Below are positions 10,548-19,794 of a stretch of 64,000 bases of DNA, piece after piece. Position numbers and translations under genes: made by a program. The first letter of the stretch is position 1; every line of letters starts with the position of its first letter. Origin of the DNA: Candidatus Hydrogenedentota bacterium (GTDB lineage Bacteria > Hydrogenedentota > Hydrogenedentia > Hydrogenedentales > SLHB01); NCBI GenBank assembly GCA_045863295.1, contig BTWA01000022.1, forward strand, positions 36,366 to 100,365, given 5' to 3'. The notes beneath the pieces are model-generated. The model was given only the letters and a program-made list of their open reading frames with translations. It was not told the origin of the DNA and searched no databases.

Positions 10548-10900
10548 AGCGTTTTCTCCCGACACCTTTGGACCTTTGGACCAGGCTAACCACGGATGCC
10601 AACAACGGGCACATCCCACGGAACTCTTTTGTACAAACGGGGTTTCAACGAATGCGAGAACATCAAAGCACTGTTGCCCTGCCGATCTCAACCGGCCCTT
10701 GTGGAGCCCGGTTGGGATACGGTAGCTCTTTGTTTTCAACACGTTATGCCACATTGCAGGATCGCGGTCACACACAGGGCACTGTAGCGCACGCAACAAA
10801 CTTCATCCTTCGGAAGCACTGCCAACTTGGTGTAAGCTTACGGGGTGAATATACCGCAGCTGGCATTGACTGCGGAATCGAGTAAGAGGAAGTGTTATTT

Positions 10901-12283
10901 ATGAATGGACGGAAAGTGGTGTTCCGATCGATTGTTGCGCTGGCAGTAGTTGTAGCGGCGGTCGCCGCGGTACGCTGGAAAATGGACAGCACGGCTGCCA
11001 CCGAAGCCGCCGAGGCCGCAGTCACCACGGAGAAAGTGGGCCGGATATCCATTCGCCAGACCTCCACCCCCACGGGCCGTGTCGTCTCCAATCTGGATGT
11101 GGAAATCAAATGCCGTGCCAGTGGCGAGATCATTACCCTTCCATTTGACGTAAGTGACGCCGTAAAAAAGGGCGACCTTATTCTGGAACTCGACCCGGTC
11201 GACCAACAGCGCCTGCTGCAACAGTCTCAGGCCGCCTTGTCGGCGTCCAGAGCGCGACTGGCCCAGGCAGAGGCCCAGTTGAGAACCGCCGAAGTGACTT
11301 TGGAGGCCGACCGCATTCGCGCAGCCGCCAATGTGGAGGCGGCCGAGGCGCAGGCACTGGATGCCGAAGCCAAGGCCAAACGGGAGCAACAACTGCTGGA
11401 ACGAAAATTCTCCAGTCCGGAAGGGGTCGAGACCGCCCTCACCACGGCGGTGCAGGCCAGAACCGGCGTACAAACCGCCAAAGCCCAACTGGAATCACTC
11501 CGGGCGCAAGAAATCGACTTGGAGCGGTTACGCCAACAGATCAATCTTGCCAAGGCCGACGTGGAAGCCGATGAAATCGCGCTGTCGCTGTCGGAACTAC
11601 AGCTGGAATATACACGGGTATATGCGCCCATCGACGGCGTTGTCTCGGCACGCAACGTGCAAATTGGACAAATTATTTCGTCGGGTATCAGCAATGTAGG
11701 CGGCGGCACGGCTGTCATGGTGCTTTCCGATCTGTCGCGAATCTTTGTGTTGGCGTCTGTCGACGAGGCGGATATTGGCTTTATCAAGATTGGTCAGGAC
11801 GCCGAGATGACGGCAGACTCGTATCCCGGTGTGCAATTCACCGGTAAAGTGGATCGAATTGCCACCAACGGCGTGAACCTGCAGAATGTCATCACATTCG
11901 AAGTTCGCATTGAAGTCTTGAGCGAGAACAAGGCGCTTTTGAAACCCGAAATGACAACCAATTGCACCATAGTCATTGCGGATAAAAAGGATGTGTTGGC
12001 GGTTCCGGTGACTTCTTTTGTTCGCGAAAAGGGCCAAACATTCGTCGCCAAGCCGGGACCCGGCGGCACAAAAGGCGATTTGGTTCCCGTGGAAATCGGG
12101 ATATCCGATTCGGTCTACACGGAAATTATCAGCGGACTCCAGGAGGGCGATGAAATCGTCGTACAGGACCCTGAAGCCGAAAGCCGCTGGCGCGCGGGTG
12201 AGGATCAGGCAAGCAATGATCGCCGCGGCCGCATGATGATGTTTCGCACGATCGGCGGCAGCAGCGGAGGCCGCGGGCGTTGA
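10901..12283 (+). CDS. Efflux periplasmic adaptor subunit (MacA-like)
   Basis: N-terminal TM, lipoyl half-motifs (VKKGDLILELD; YAPIDGVV), long alpha-hairpin, VDEADIG, LKPEMT. Confidence 0.92.
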   Translation: MNGRKVVFRSIVALAVVVAAVAAVRWKMDSTAATEAAEAAVTTEKVGRISIRQTSTPTGRVVSNLDVEIKCRASGEIITLPFDVSDAVKKGDLILELDPVDQQRLLQQSQAALSASRARLAQAEAQLRTAEVTLEADRIRAAANVEAAEAQALDAEAKAKREQQLLERKFSSPEGVETALTTAVQARTGVQTAKAQLESLRAQEIDLERLRQQINLAKADVEADEIALSLSELQLEYTRVYAPIDGVVSARNVQIGQIISSGISNVGGGTAVMVLSDLSRIFVLASVDEADIGFIKIGQDAEMTADSYPGVQFTGKVDRIATNGVNLQNVITFEVRIEVLSENKALLKPEMTTNCTIVIADKKDVLAVPVTSFVREKGQTFVAKPGPGGTKGDLVPVEIGISDSVYTEIISGLQEGDEIVVQDPEAESRWRAGEDQASNDRRGRMMMFRTIGGSSGGRGR

Positions 12284-12939
12284 TAGAAGTGGAGTCGGTT
12301 TCCAAGAAGTATCAGTTGGGGGGTGCCACCGTTGCCGCCTTGGATGGCGTCAGCTTGTTCATTCGCGAAGGCGAGATGGCGGCGATTATCGGGCCTTCCG
12401 GAAGTGGCAAATCCACATTAATGCATATCCTCGGTTGTCTCGACACGCCCGACACAGGCACCTACAAACTGGCGGGAGAAAACGTGGCCGGACTTTCCCG
12501 GGACCGCCTCGCGGAAATCCGCAACATGCATATCGGGTTTGTATTTCAAACATTTAATCTGCTTCCAAGACTGTCGGCGCTGGAGAACGTGGAATTGCCG
12601 CTCCTGTATGCGCGACGCCAGAACAGCAAATCGATTGCCCAGGATGCATTGGCCACGGTCGGGTTGAAGGATCGAATGCACCACGAGCCCAACCAATTGT
12701 CGGGCGGCCAGCGTCAACGCGTGGCCATCGCCCGCGCAATCGTGACCAACCCGTCCATGATTCTTGCGGATGAGCCCACAGGCAACCTGGATTCGAAAAC
12801 GGGCCGGGAGATCCTGGCTTTGTTTACGTCGCTGAACGAACAGGGGCGCACCATCATCATGGTGACGCATGATTCCAATGTGGCCGACCATTGCGGGCGC
12901 GCCATACGCATCTTCGATGGCAAGATTGTAGAGCAGTGA
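12280..12939 (+). CDS. ABC transporter ATP-binding protein (MacB/LolD type)
   Basis: Walker A GPSGSGKST, LSGGQRQR signature, Walker B ILADEPTGNLD. Confidence 0.95.
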   Translation: MIEVESVSKKYQLGGATVAALDGVSLFIREGEMAAIIGPSGSGKSTLMHILGCLDTPDTGTYKLAGENVAGLSRDRLAEIRNMHIGFVFQTFNLLPRLSALENVELPLLYARRQNSKSIAQDALATVGLKDRMHHEPNQLSGGQRQRVAIARAIVTNPSMILADEPTGNLDSKTGREILALFTSLNEQGRTIIMVTHDSNVADHCGRAIRIFDGKIVEQ

Positions 12940-12952
12940 AGGAATAGTCGAC

Positions 12953-14161
12953 GTGTACTTTTTTGTGCTCCTGAAAGTGGCGGTGTACAGCTTGTTGGCG
13001 AACAAGCTTCGATCATTTCTCGCGGTGCTGGGGGTCATTATCGGCGTCGGCGCCGTCATCGCCATGCTTGCCATTGCCTCAGGCGCACAAGCCCAGGTCA
13101 TGAGCACGATTTCCGCCATGGGCACCAACCTGCTCGTGGTTCGGCCGGCGCAACGGGGTTCCCAGGGGGTTATGTCCGGCACCGAACAGAATCTTACCGT
13201 CGAAGATGCTCAAGCAATTCTTGCCGAAGTGCCCGGCGTGCTTCAGGTCGCCCCTGTGGTTCAAGGCCGCGCACAACTCAAGTATTACGAAAAGAACGCC
13301 GGAACCAGTGTCCAAGGCACCTCCGTAACCTATCTTCCTGTCCGAAACTTTGAAATCGAAAAGGGACGAGGTTTCACCGATGCGGAGGAAGACCGTCTCG
13401 CCAAGGTCATCATATTGGGCCCGGTGACCGCGCAGAACCTGATGGGCGATTCGAATCCCGTGGGTGAAATCGTCAAGGTGAACGGTGTCAATTTCGAAGT
13501 CATCGGTGTGACCAAAGCCAAAGGCGATCAGGGTTGGTTCAACCCGGATGACAGCGCCATGATTCCGTATACAACGGCGATGAAGCAGGTTTTCGGCCTC
13601 GAATACCTTCGTGAAATCAATATACAGTGCAAGCCTGGAGTAGACCTGGTCGAAGTCCAGGACAGCGTCACTTCTCTTATAAGGCGGCGCCACCGCACGT
13701 TGCCTGATATGCCCAATGACTTTGAAATTCGCAATCAGGCTGACATCATTTCCACGGCCTCAACAGTAACGCGCACGTTTTCGATTCTACTGGGCGCGGT
13801 CGCCAGCATCTCCCTGCTCGTAGGCGGCATCGGCATCATGAATATCATGCTGGTAACCGTGACGGAACGGACACGGGAGATCGGCGTGCGCAAGGCGATC
13901 GGCGCCAAGGATCGCGACATACTTCGCCAGTTTTTATTCGAGGCCATTCTAATGAGCGGCATAGGGGGCTGTATCGGGGTCGGCGCGGGCGTGGGTGCGG
14001 CAAAACTCGTGGGCACGTTCACCTCATTTACAACAGTGATCCAGACCCAGAGTGTCATTATGGCGATGGTCTTTGCGACCAGTGTCGGCGTTTTCTTCGG
14101 GTATTACCCGGCGAGACGCGCGGCCAAATTAAATCCGATCGATGCGCTACGGTACGAGTAA
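12953..14161 (+). CDS. ABC transporter permease (MacB-like periplasmic core plus FtsX domain)
   Basis: NKLRSFLAVLGVIIGV, VGGIGIMNIMLVTVTERTREIG, PARRAAKLNPIDALRYE. Confidence 0.95.
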   Translation: MYFFVLLKVAVYSLLANKLRSFLAVLGVIIGVGAVIAMLAIASGAQAQVMSTISAMGTNLLVVRPAQRGSQGVMSGTEQNLTVEDAQAILAEVPGVLQVAPVVQGRAQLKYYEKNAGTSVQGTSVTYLPVRNFEIEKGRGFTDAEEDRLAKVIILGPVTAQNLMGDSNPVGEIVKVNGVNFEVIGVTKAKGDQGWFNPDDSAMIPYTTAMKQVFGLEYLREINIQCKPGVDLVEVQDSVTSLIRRRHRTLPDMPNDFEIRNQADIISTASTVTRTFSILLGAVASISLLVGGIGIMNIMLVTVTERTREIGVRKAIGAKDRDILRQFLFEAILMSGIGGCIGVGAGVGAAKLVGTFTSFTTVIQTQSVIMAMVFATSVGVFFGYYPARRAAKLNPIDALRYE

Positions 14162-14216
14162 GCGAATCGTGCGCGCGAACCGCCCAAACAAATTAAACCG
14201 GCTGTCAGGAAGACAA

Positions 14217-16028
14217 ATGCATTTGCGGAAGAGTCTGGTATTGCTGTGTGCAACAGCGGCTATCTTCTCCGGCTGCGCTGCCGTGGAACACAAATCCAAA
14301 CCGGCCGTACCGGCCATTGTGGTGCGTCCAAAGACGGATTCCGTCGAACATATCTCGCCGCCGCCATTAAACGATGCCTTGAAGGCGGAAAACGAACTCA
14401 CGTTGCCGGGCAAACCCGGCACGCCGCTCAACCTACCCTTGGAAACCGCCATTGTCCTCGCGATTCAGAACAATCGCGACCTCGATGTGGCTGAAATCAA
14501 TCCCGCGTTGCAACAGACCCTCGTATCCGAGCAACGGGCGGTGTTCGATCCGCTACTGTCGGCCACCTATACGATTACGGAAGACAGCTTTACCCGCGAC
14601 CTGCTCATACTGTCGCCCTTTGTAATTCCAAGCCTGACCGGACAAACCGCGGCGACCTTGAATTTGTGGCAACCGGTCAATACCGAAGTGAAGTCGCGTA
14701 CTAAAGACTATGGCGTGGGTATTTCCGAAACACTTCCAACGGGCACCACCATAAGCATCTCAACAGGCAAAACCAAGGTAAAGACGCGTAACTCGTCCAC
14801 AAACCCGAATCTTGTTTACGGCACCGATACTGATACGGAAACCTCTGACTTCAACGTGACTGTAACGCAGGCGCTCCTGCGCGGAGCCGGACTTGGCGTA
14901 AACTTGGCGAGCTTGCGCCAGGCCAAACTGGATACGCTGGCGTCTGATTATGAACTGCGTGGTGTTGCTGAAGATCTGGTGGCTCAAGTGGAGCAAACCT
15001 ATTGGGATTGCGTACTTGCAGAACGCCAAATCAAGATTTTTGAGGAGGCATTAAACGTTGCACAAACGCAGGCGCTTGAAGTCGACGTCAAGATTGCCGT
15101 CGGCGACCTGGCGGAGATCGAACGCGCGGCCGCCGATGCCGAAGTTGCGTTGAGGCGAAGCTCGCTCATAGACGCGAAAGCCAACTATGACACCCTCCGC
15201 TTCACGCTGATGCGCCTCATTAATCCCGCCCAAGATTCACTGCGGCCCTTCGATATCGTGCTCGCCTCCGAACCGGGGATTCCCGAAATGGATCTAAACG
15301 GAGATGAACCCTCGATTTTGCTGGCGCAACGGATGCGGCCGGACGTAAATCAGGCCAAGCTCCAGATCAAACGCAATGACTTGGAAATCGTGAAAACCAG
15401 AAACGGGTTGTTGCCGCAGCTCGACGTGTTTATCGGCATTTCCACCGCGTTGACGCGAACGAATTACACGGAGGCGTACCTAACCTCGACTCAAGATAAG
15501 AGGGATGATCGATACACCACACAGGTCGGCGCCGAATTCAGTTATCCCATCGGGAACCGGGCAGCCCGCTCCCGCAACACACGCGCCATCATGGGCAAGG
15601 ATCAGAGTGAGCTTGCCTTGAAAAACCTGATGCAATTGGTGGAACTCGACATCCGCACCGCGTACGTTGAAGTCCGGCGTTCGCACGAACAAATCGATGC
15701 GACCGCGGCTACGCGGAAACTCCAGGAGCAAACGCTGGCCGCCGAGCAGGAAAAGTACCGGCTGGGACGTTCCAACATACTGCTTGTATCCCAGGCGCAG
15801 CGCGATCTGCTTTCGGCCCAACTCGATGAAGTTGGCGCGTGGGCCGCGCACCTTAAAGCCATCGTAAATCTCTACCGCCTCGAAGGATCGTTGTTGGAGA
15901 GGCGGGGCATCGACGCGCCGGGCAGGGAACCTGTGGAATCGGAAGACGCACTGGATTTGTACAAAACACGCGGCCAGACCGCTGCCGGCGAGGTGGACTC
16001 GCCAGACGAGGGAGAATCAACGTCATGA
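14217..16028 (+). CDS. TolC-family outer-membrane efflux lipoprotein
   Basis: Lipobox IFSGC, two OEP-like repeats, position at the end of the macAB-like operon; ATG 14217 chosen. Confidence 0.88.
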   Translation: MHLRKSLVLLCATAAIFSGCAAVEHKSKPAVPAIVVRPKTDSVEHISPPPLNDALKAENELTLPGKPGTPLNLPLETAIVLAIQNNRDLDVAEINPALQQTLVSEQRAVFDPLLSATYTITEDSFTRDLLILSPFVIPSLTGQTAATLNLWQPVNTEVKSRTKDYGVGISETLPTGTTISISTGKTKVKTRNSSTNPNLVYGTDTDTETSDFNVTVTQALLRGAGLGVNLASLRQAKLDTLASDYELRGVAEDLVAQVEQTYWDCVLAERQIKIFEEALNVAQTQALEVDVKIAVGDLAEIERAAADAEVALRRSSLIDAKANYDTLRFTLMRLINPAQDSLRPFDIVLASEPGIPEMDLNGDEPSILLAQRMRPDVNQAKLQIKRNDLEIVKTRNGLLPQLDVFIGISTALTRTNYTEAYLTSTQDKRDDRYTTQVGAEFSYPIGNRAARSRNTRAIMGKDQSELALKNLMQLVELDIRTAYVEVRRSHEQIDATAATRKLQEQTLAAEQEKYRLGRSNILLVSQAQRDLLSAQLDEVGAWAAHLKAIVNLYRLEGSLLERRGIDAPGREPVESEDALDLYKTRGQTAAGEVDSPDEGESTS

Positions 16029-16212
16029 AGACAGCCACACATATCCGTACACTTACCCGAACCCGCCCCGCCAGCGCCGCGCTGCAACCCGTTTGGGAAT
16101 TGATTTACGTGGGACAGGCCATGCTGGGCCTGGTGCAAAGTTGGGTGACAATATTACTGCAATTAAAAGGTCTATAGGTACACGCTATCCATTGCGTGTG
16201 CGGACCCCGTAC

Positions 16213-18027
16213 CTAGGCCTTCGGGTCGGGACTCAATCGCAGGTTTCCACGCGGGTCTGCAATCAGCAAGCGTAGAAACCAGTCGGCCTTGTTGTTGATT
16301 AGCTTCACGACCAAGGAGTTCCAACCCTTCTTTAGATGCAAAACCGGGTATACAAACCCACCGTTGCCTCCAAAATCCTGGCCGAGTTCAATCAATGCGC
16401 CGTTCAGAAAGGTCTGCGAGTAATTATCTGCGCCGACCGTGGCATGAGTGATCTGATCTTCATCACTATGCACGCCGCAATAGACATAGCAAGCCGCCTG
16501 ATCGATCGTGCCTACCAGGGCGTTGGCGTTCACCAAGCCGATGCCGTCCACCTCGGCCAACCGCCATTTCATTCCGCCCTCATACGATGCCTCGGACGAA
16601 TAACCATCTTCCGGCCCGAAACGCTTGTTCATGTTCGCGCATGCGCCAACGGGGTTTTCCGGAAGGTGCTTCGTATCCATAGGCCCTAAACGAAACGGCC
16701 CGGCAATCTGTACTGCCTCCGGCGCCTTCTGGCAATTCAGCGGAAAGTAGGGGACTTTGTTCACCTCGACCATCCGCATGGCCTCTTTTTCAATCCAATG
16801 CCCGTCATATTGGACAGAATGCCCAACGGTCGGTGGAAAACTCGCACGCTCTGGCGCGACTCTAAAGCCGAGTGGAACCCGTATTCGCTCTGATTGCTTC
16901 ACCGGGACTTCTGCGCGGAGCATTTTGCCGTCCGCGCCCCAGTGTTCGCTTTCGGGAGGATCCAGAGTCCACCCTTCCGCAACGGGAAGCTCCACTCGCA
17001 CCACCACGTCCTTATCCAAAACGTTATGAATCACCACTTCATTGCGCACTCGGATTTCATCCGCGCTCAAATCCGTTCCCGGCAGCGCGTCGCACTGGAC
17101 CAACTCGTGCGTTATCGCTTTGCGAAATAACGCTGGCGACACGTCGACCGGCCAGATACCACCCCACGGCTCCACAACCGAGTAGTGCACCGCGTCGTCG
17201 TCCACGGTTACAAATCCGAAACTGTGAAACCCGCCCCACTTCTTTTCATCGCTTAACTTCAAACCCGCCCCAGTGCAACTCTGTATAACGTGCCAATTTC
17301 CGTTTCGCTTCTCGACACTGTGATAATGCTCGTGCCCAGCCACTACCGTAAATGGCCGGGCTCCAAGGGCCTGCTCCACCTCGGCCCAGTCGTTCCAGTA
17401 TCGCGGGTCATCCCACATCGGCTTGTGAAAGAACACAAACGTATGGCGCGCATCGCCGGCTCTGGACAGATCCTCGCGCATCCATTGCATCATCGCCTGC
17501 CACACAGGACCCCGCCCGTCGATACGTTCCTCTTCCGTGTTGAGCACCACGAAATGGCACCCTTTGTAGTCGAACGCGTAATACGTCTTGCCGAAGTCCT
17601 CGGACCAATACCGGTAGCATTCCACATTCGCAATGTCGTGATTGCCCACAGTGAAGAACAGGGGGGCGTTCAGTCTGCGCGCGTGTTCCATATACTCGGA
17701 CCACTCCGCGTCCCATTGCGCACGCTCAGTCATGTGTCCGGGAATCATGTCGCCAATCGACATTACAAAATCGGGATCGAGCAGATTCATGGCATCCACG
17801 GCTCTATCGTATATGGGCCACTTACCCTCTCCACCGCTGGTCTTGTCGCCGAGAATGACAAAGCTGAATTTCTCCTCGTCATGAGTCCAAGGCCTGTCGA
17901 TCAGCGGAACACGGCCATCCAGCGCTGGAGATTGCCCTGACCCGCGCGCGGATGCCAAAGTCGCGCCTGCCAAGGCAAGCCCCTGCTGCAGAAATGTCCG
18001 GCGATTGTATGCAGTAGGTGCCCTCAT
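16213..18027 (-). CDS. Tat-exported calcineurin-like metallophosphoesterase with large C-terminal extension
   Basis: NRRTFL signal; GD, GDM, GNHD, FFHKP and AGHEH metal-binding motifs; beta-rich C-terminal domain ending LKKGWNSLVVK. Confidence 0.85.
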   Translation of the reverse strand: MRAPTAYNRRTFLQQGLALAGATLASARGSGQSPALDGRVPLIDRPWTHDEEKFSFVILGDKTSGGEGKWPIYDRAVDAMNLLDPDFVMSIGDMIPGHMTERAQWDAEWSEYMEHARRLNAPLFFTVGNHDIANVECYRYWSEDFGKTYYAFDYKGCHFVVLNTEEERIDGRGPVWQAMMQWMREDLSRAGDARHTFVFFHKPMWDDPRYWNDWAEVEQALGARPFTVVAGHEHYHSVEKRNGNWHVIQSCTGAGLKLSDEKKWGGFHSFGFVTVDDDAVHYSVVEPWGGIWPVDVSPALFRKAITHELVQCDALPGTDLSADEIRVRNEVVIHNVLDKDVVVRVELPVAEGWTLDPPESEHWGADGKMLRAEVPVKQSERIRVPLGFRVAPERASFPPTVGHSVQYDGHWIEKEAMRMVEVNKVPYFPLNCQKAPEAVQIAGPFRLGPMDTKHLPENPVGACANMNKRFGPEDGYSSEASYEGGMKWRLAEVDGIGLVNANALVGTIDQAACYVYCGVHSDEDQITHATVGADNYSQTFLNGALIELGQDFGGNGGFVYPVLHLKKGWNSLVVKLINNKADWFLRLLIADPRGNLRLSPDPKA

Positions 18028-18143
18028 CCCATCAATTCTATGAGATCGAAAGGACGATATTCACATTTCGCCATTGGGGGGCGAAAAAGGATTTGGCTTT
18101 GCTGTATAACGATTGAAATGGAAATAGCACGAGGTACGATGCC

Positions 18144-19547
18144 ATGGTCAACTCTAAAATCTCCAGGCGTAGATTTCTCCAATCCGCCACGTCGGCCGCG
18201 GCCGGTGCGTTGTGCCTGAACGCGATGCCCGCGGCATCACAACCCCCAAACATTGTGTTCATTTTGGCTGACGACCTCGGTTACGCGGACCTCGGGTGTT
18301 ATGGCCAACAGCAGATAATGACGCCCAACCTGGACCAAATGGCGACGGAGGGTACTCGATTCACGCAGTGTTATGCCGGGGCCACCGTGTGCGCCCCTTC
18401 ACGCTGTTGTTTGTTGACCGGGCTCCACGGCGGCCACGCGCGAGTGCGTGACAATCTCCCCAACGATATCTGGCTGCGCCCTGATGACTTTACCATCGGC
18501 GAACTGCTGAAACAGGCAGGGTACCGGACGGGTGCCGTCGGAAAATGGAGCATGGGCGATCCGGGATCCTGGGGTCTACCCAACTACCAGGGTTTTGACT
18601 ATTTCTATGGCCACCTAAGCCAGATTCAGGCGCACCAATATTATCCCGACCACCTCTGGGAAAATGAGAAGCACGTGTTGCTACGCGGCAATCGCGGCGG
18701 CACAAGCGAGCAATACACCCAGGATCTCTTTACCGAAAAGGCGCTGGACTTCATCCGCGGCAACGCCGAACGCCCATTTTTCCTGTACCTCGCCTATACA
18801 ACGCCTCACTGGTCCGACTTTCCGAAGGATTCGCCCGAATCGCAACAGGTGCCCTCCGACGCGCCATACTCCGATCGCGAATGGCCGCAGGTAGAAAAGA
18901 ACTACGCGGCCATGGTCACAAGACTGGATGCCGACTGCGGGAAAATTTCGGCGCTGCTCAAGGAACTGGGCATTGACAGCAATACCATTGTCTTTTTCAG
19001 CAGCGACAACGGCCCGTCCGCCGAACGCATACACTCCGTGGACTTCTTCGACAGCAACGGGCCGTTGCGTGGATCGAAACGCGACCTGTACGAAGGCGGC
19101 ATTCGCGTGCCGATGATTGTAAGGTGTCCAGGTCGAGTGCCGGGAGGCCGTGTGAGCGATCAACCGTGGGCGTTCTGGGACGTCCTCCCCACCATTGCGG
19201 CCTTGGCAGGATTGCCCGATCCGGAAAATACGGACGGCATCTCCATGCTTCCTGCCCTGACCGGCGACAAACAAACGGAACAACACGACTACTTCTACTG
19301 GGACTATGGCCACGTACGCGGGTCGTTTGCACAAGCCGTGCGAACCGGAAACTGGAAAGGAATCCGGCAAGGCATGGAAGAATCAGTGGCTTTGTACAAC
19401 CTCGACGTCGATCCGGGGGAATCGGCAGATGTTGCGGCCGATAACCCCGATGTCGTTCGGCAGATCGAAGGCTACATGAAGGAAGCCTTTGTTCCCAGCC
19501 CCGACTATCCAATCGCGCCGCTGTCGAAGGAACCGGGGGCCATCTAG
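18144..19547 (+). CDS. Tat-exported arylsulfatase (formylglycine-dependent)
   Basis: SRRRFL, PNIVFILADDLG, CAPSR (CxPxR), GKW, SDNG, GSKRDLYEGGIRVP. Confidence 0.95.
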   Translation: MVNSKISRRRFLQSATSAAAGALCLNAMPAASQPPNIVFILADDLGYADLGCYGQQQIMTPNLDQMATEGTRFTQCYAGATVCAPSRCCLLTGLHGGHARVRDNLPNDIWLRPDDFTIGELLKQAGYRTGAVGKWSMGDPGSWGLPNYQGFDYFYGHLSQIQAHQYYPDHLWENEKHVLLRGNRGGTSEQYTQDLFTEKALDFIRGNAERPFFLYLAYTTPHWSDFPKDSPESQQVPSDAPYSDREWPQVEKNYAAMVTRLDADCGKISALLKELGIDSNTIVFFSSDNGPSAERIHSVDFFDSNGPLRGSKRDLYEGGIRVPMIVRCPGRVPGGRVSDQPWAFWDVLPTIAALAGLPDPENTDGISMLPALTGDKQTEQHDYFYWDYGHVRGSFAQAVRTGNWKGIRQGMEESVALYNLDVDPGESADVAADNPDVVRQIEGYMKEAFVPSPDYPIAPLSKEPGAI

Positions 19548-19794
19548 CCCGGATATTTCACGACTTTGTCCAATTAACTGTATATCAACAATTCAACCGG
19601 CCTGTTACCAAAACTGGCGCACTTACAATATGCACGTGAAATATCCTCAGCGTTTCAAGCGTAAGGAATTCTGTGCGAGCATTTTGCACCACGCAGACTG
19701 TACTTCAGTCTTCCACGGAGACTGTACTTCAGTCTTCCACGGAGACTGTACTTCAGTCTTCCACGCACGATTTAAGCGTGGTGCACAATGCGGG
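19548..19794. mobile_element. 247-bp MITE-like double-hairpin element, copy 1, CTAG target duplication
   Basis: CTAG directly repeated at 19544-19547 and 19795-19798; imperfect terminal IRs CCCGGATATTTCAC / GTGCACAATGCGGG; ungapped homologue of 46563-46809. Confidence 0.85.
19689..19760. repeat. Three tandem 24-bp hairpin units CCACGGAGACTGTACTTCAGTCTT
   Basis: Read directly; unit 1 has one substitution; each unit holds the stem-loop AGACTG-TACTT-CAGTCT. Confidence 0.97.

Noticed and set aside
19689..19760. 24-bp palindromic repeats (also 46704-46775) as a CRISPR array
   Set aside because: Units are head-to-tail with no spacers, are embedded in a MITE-like element, and no cas genes are in the window
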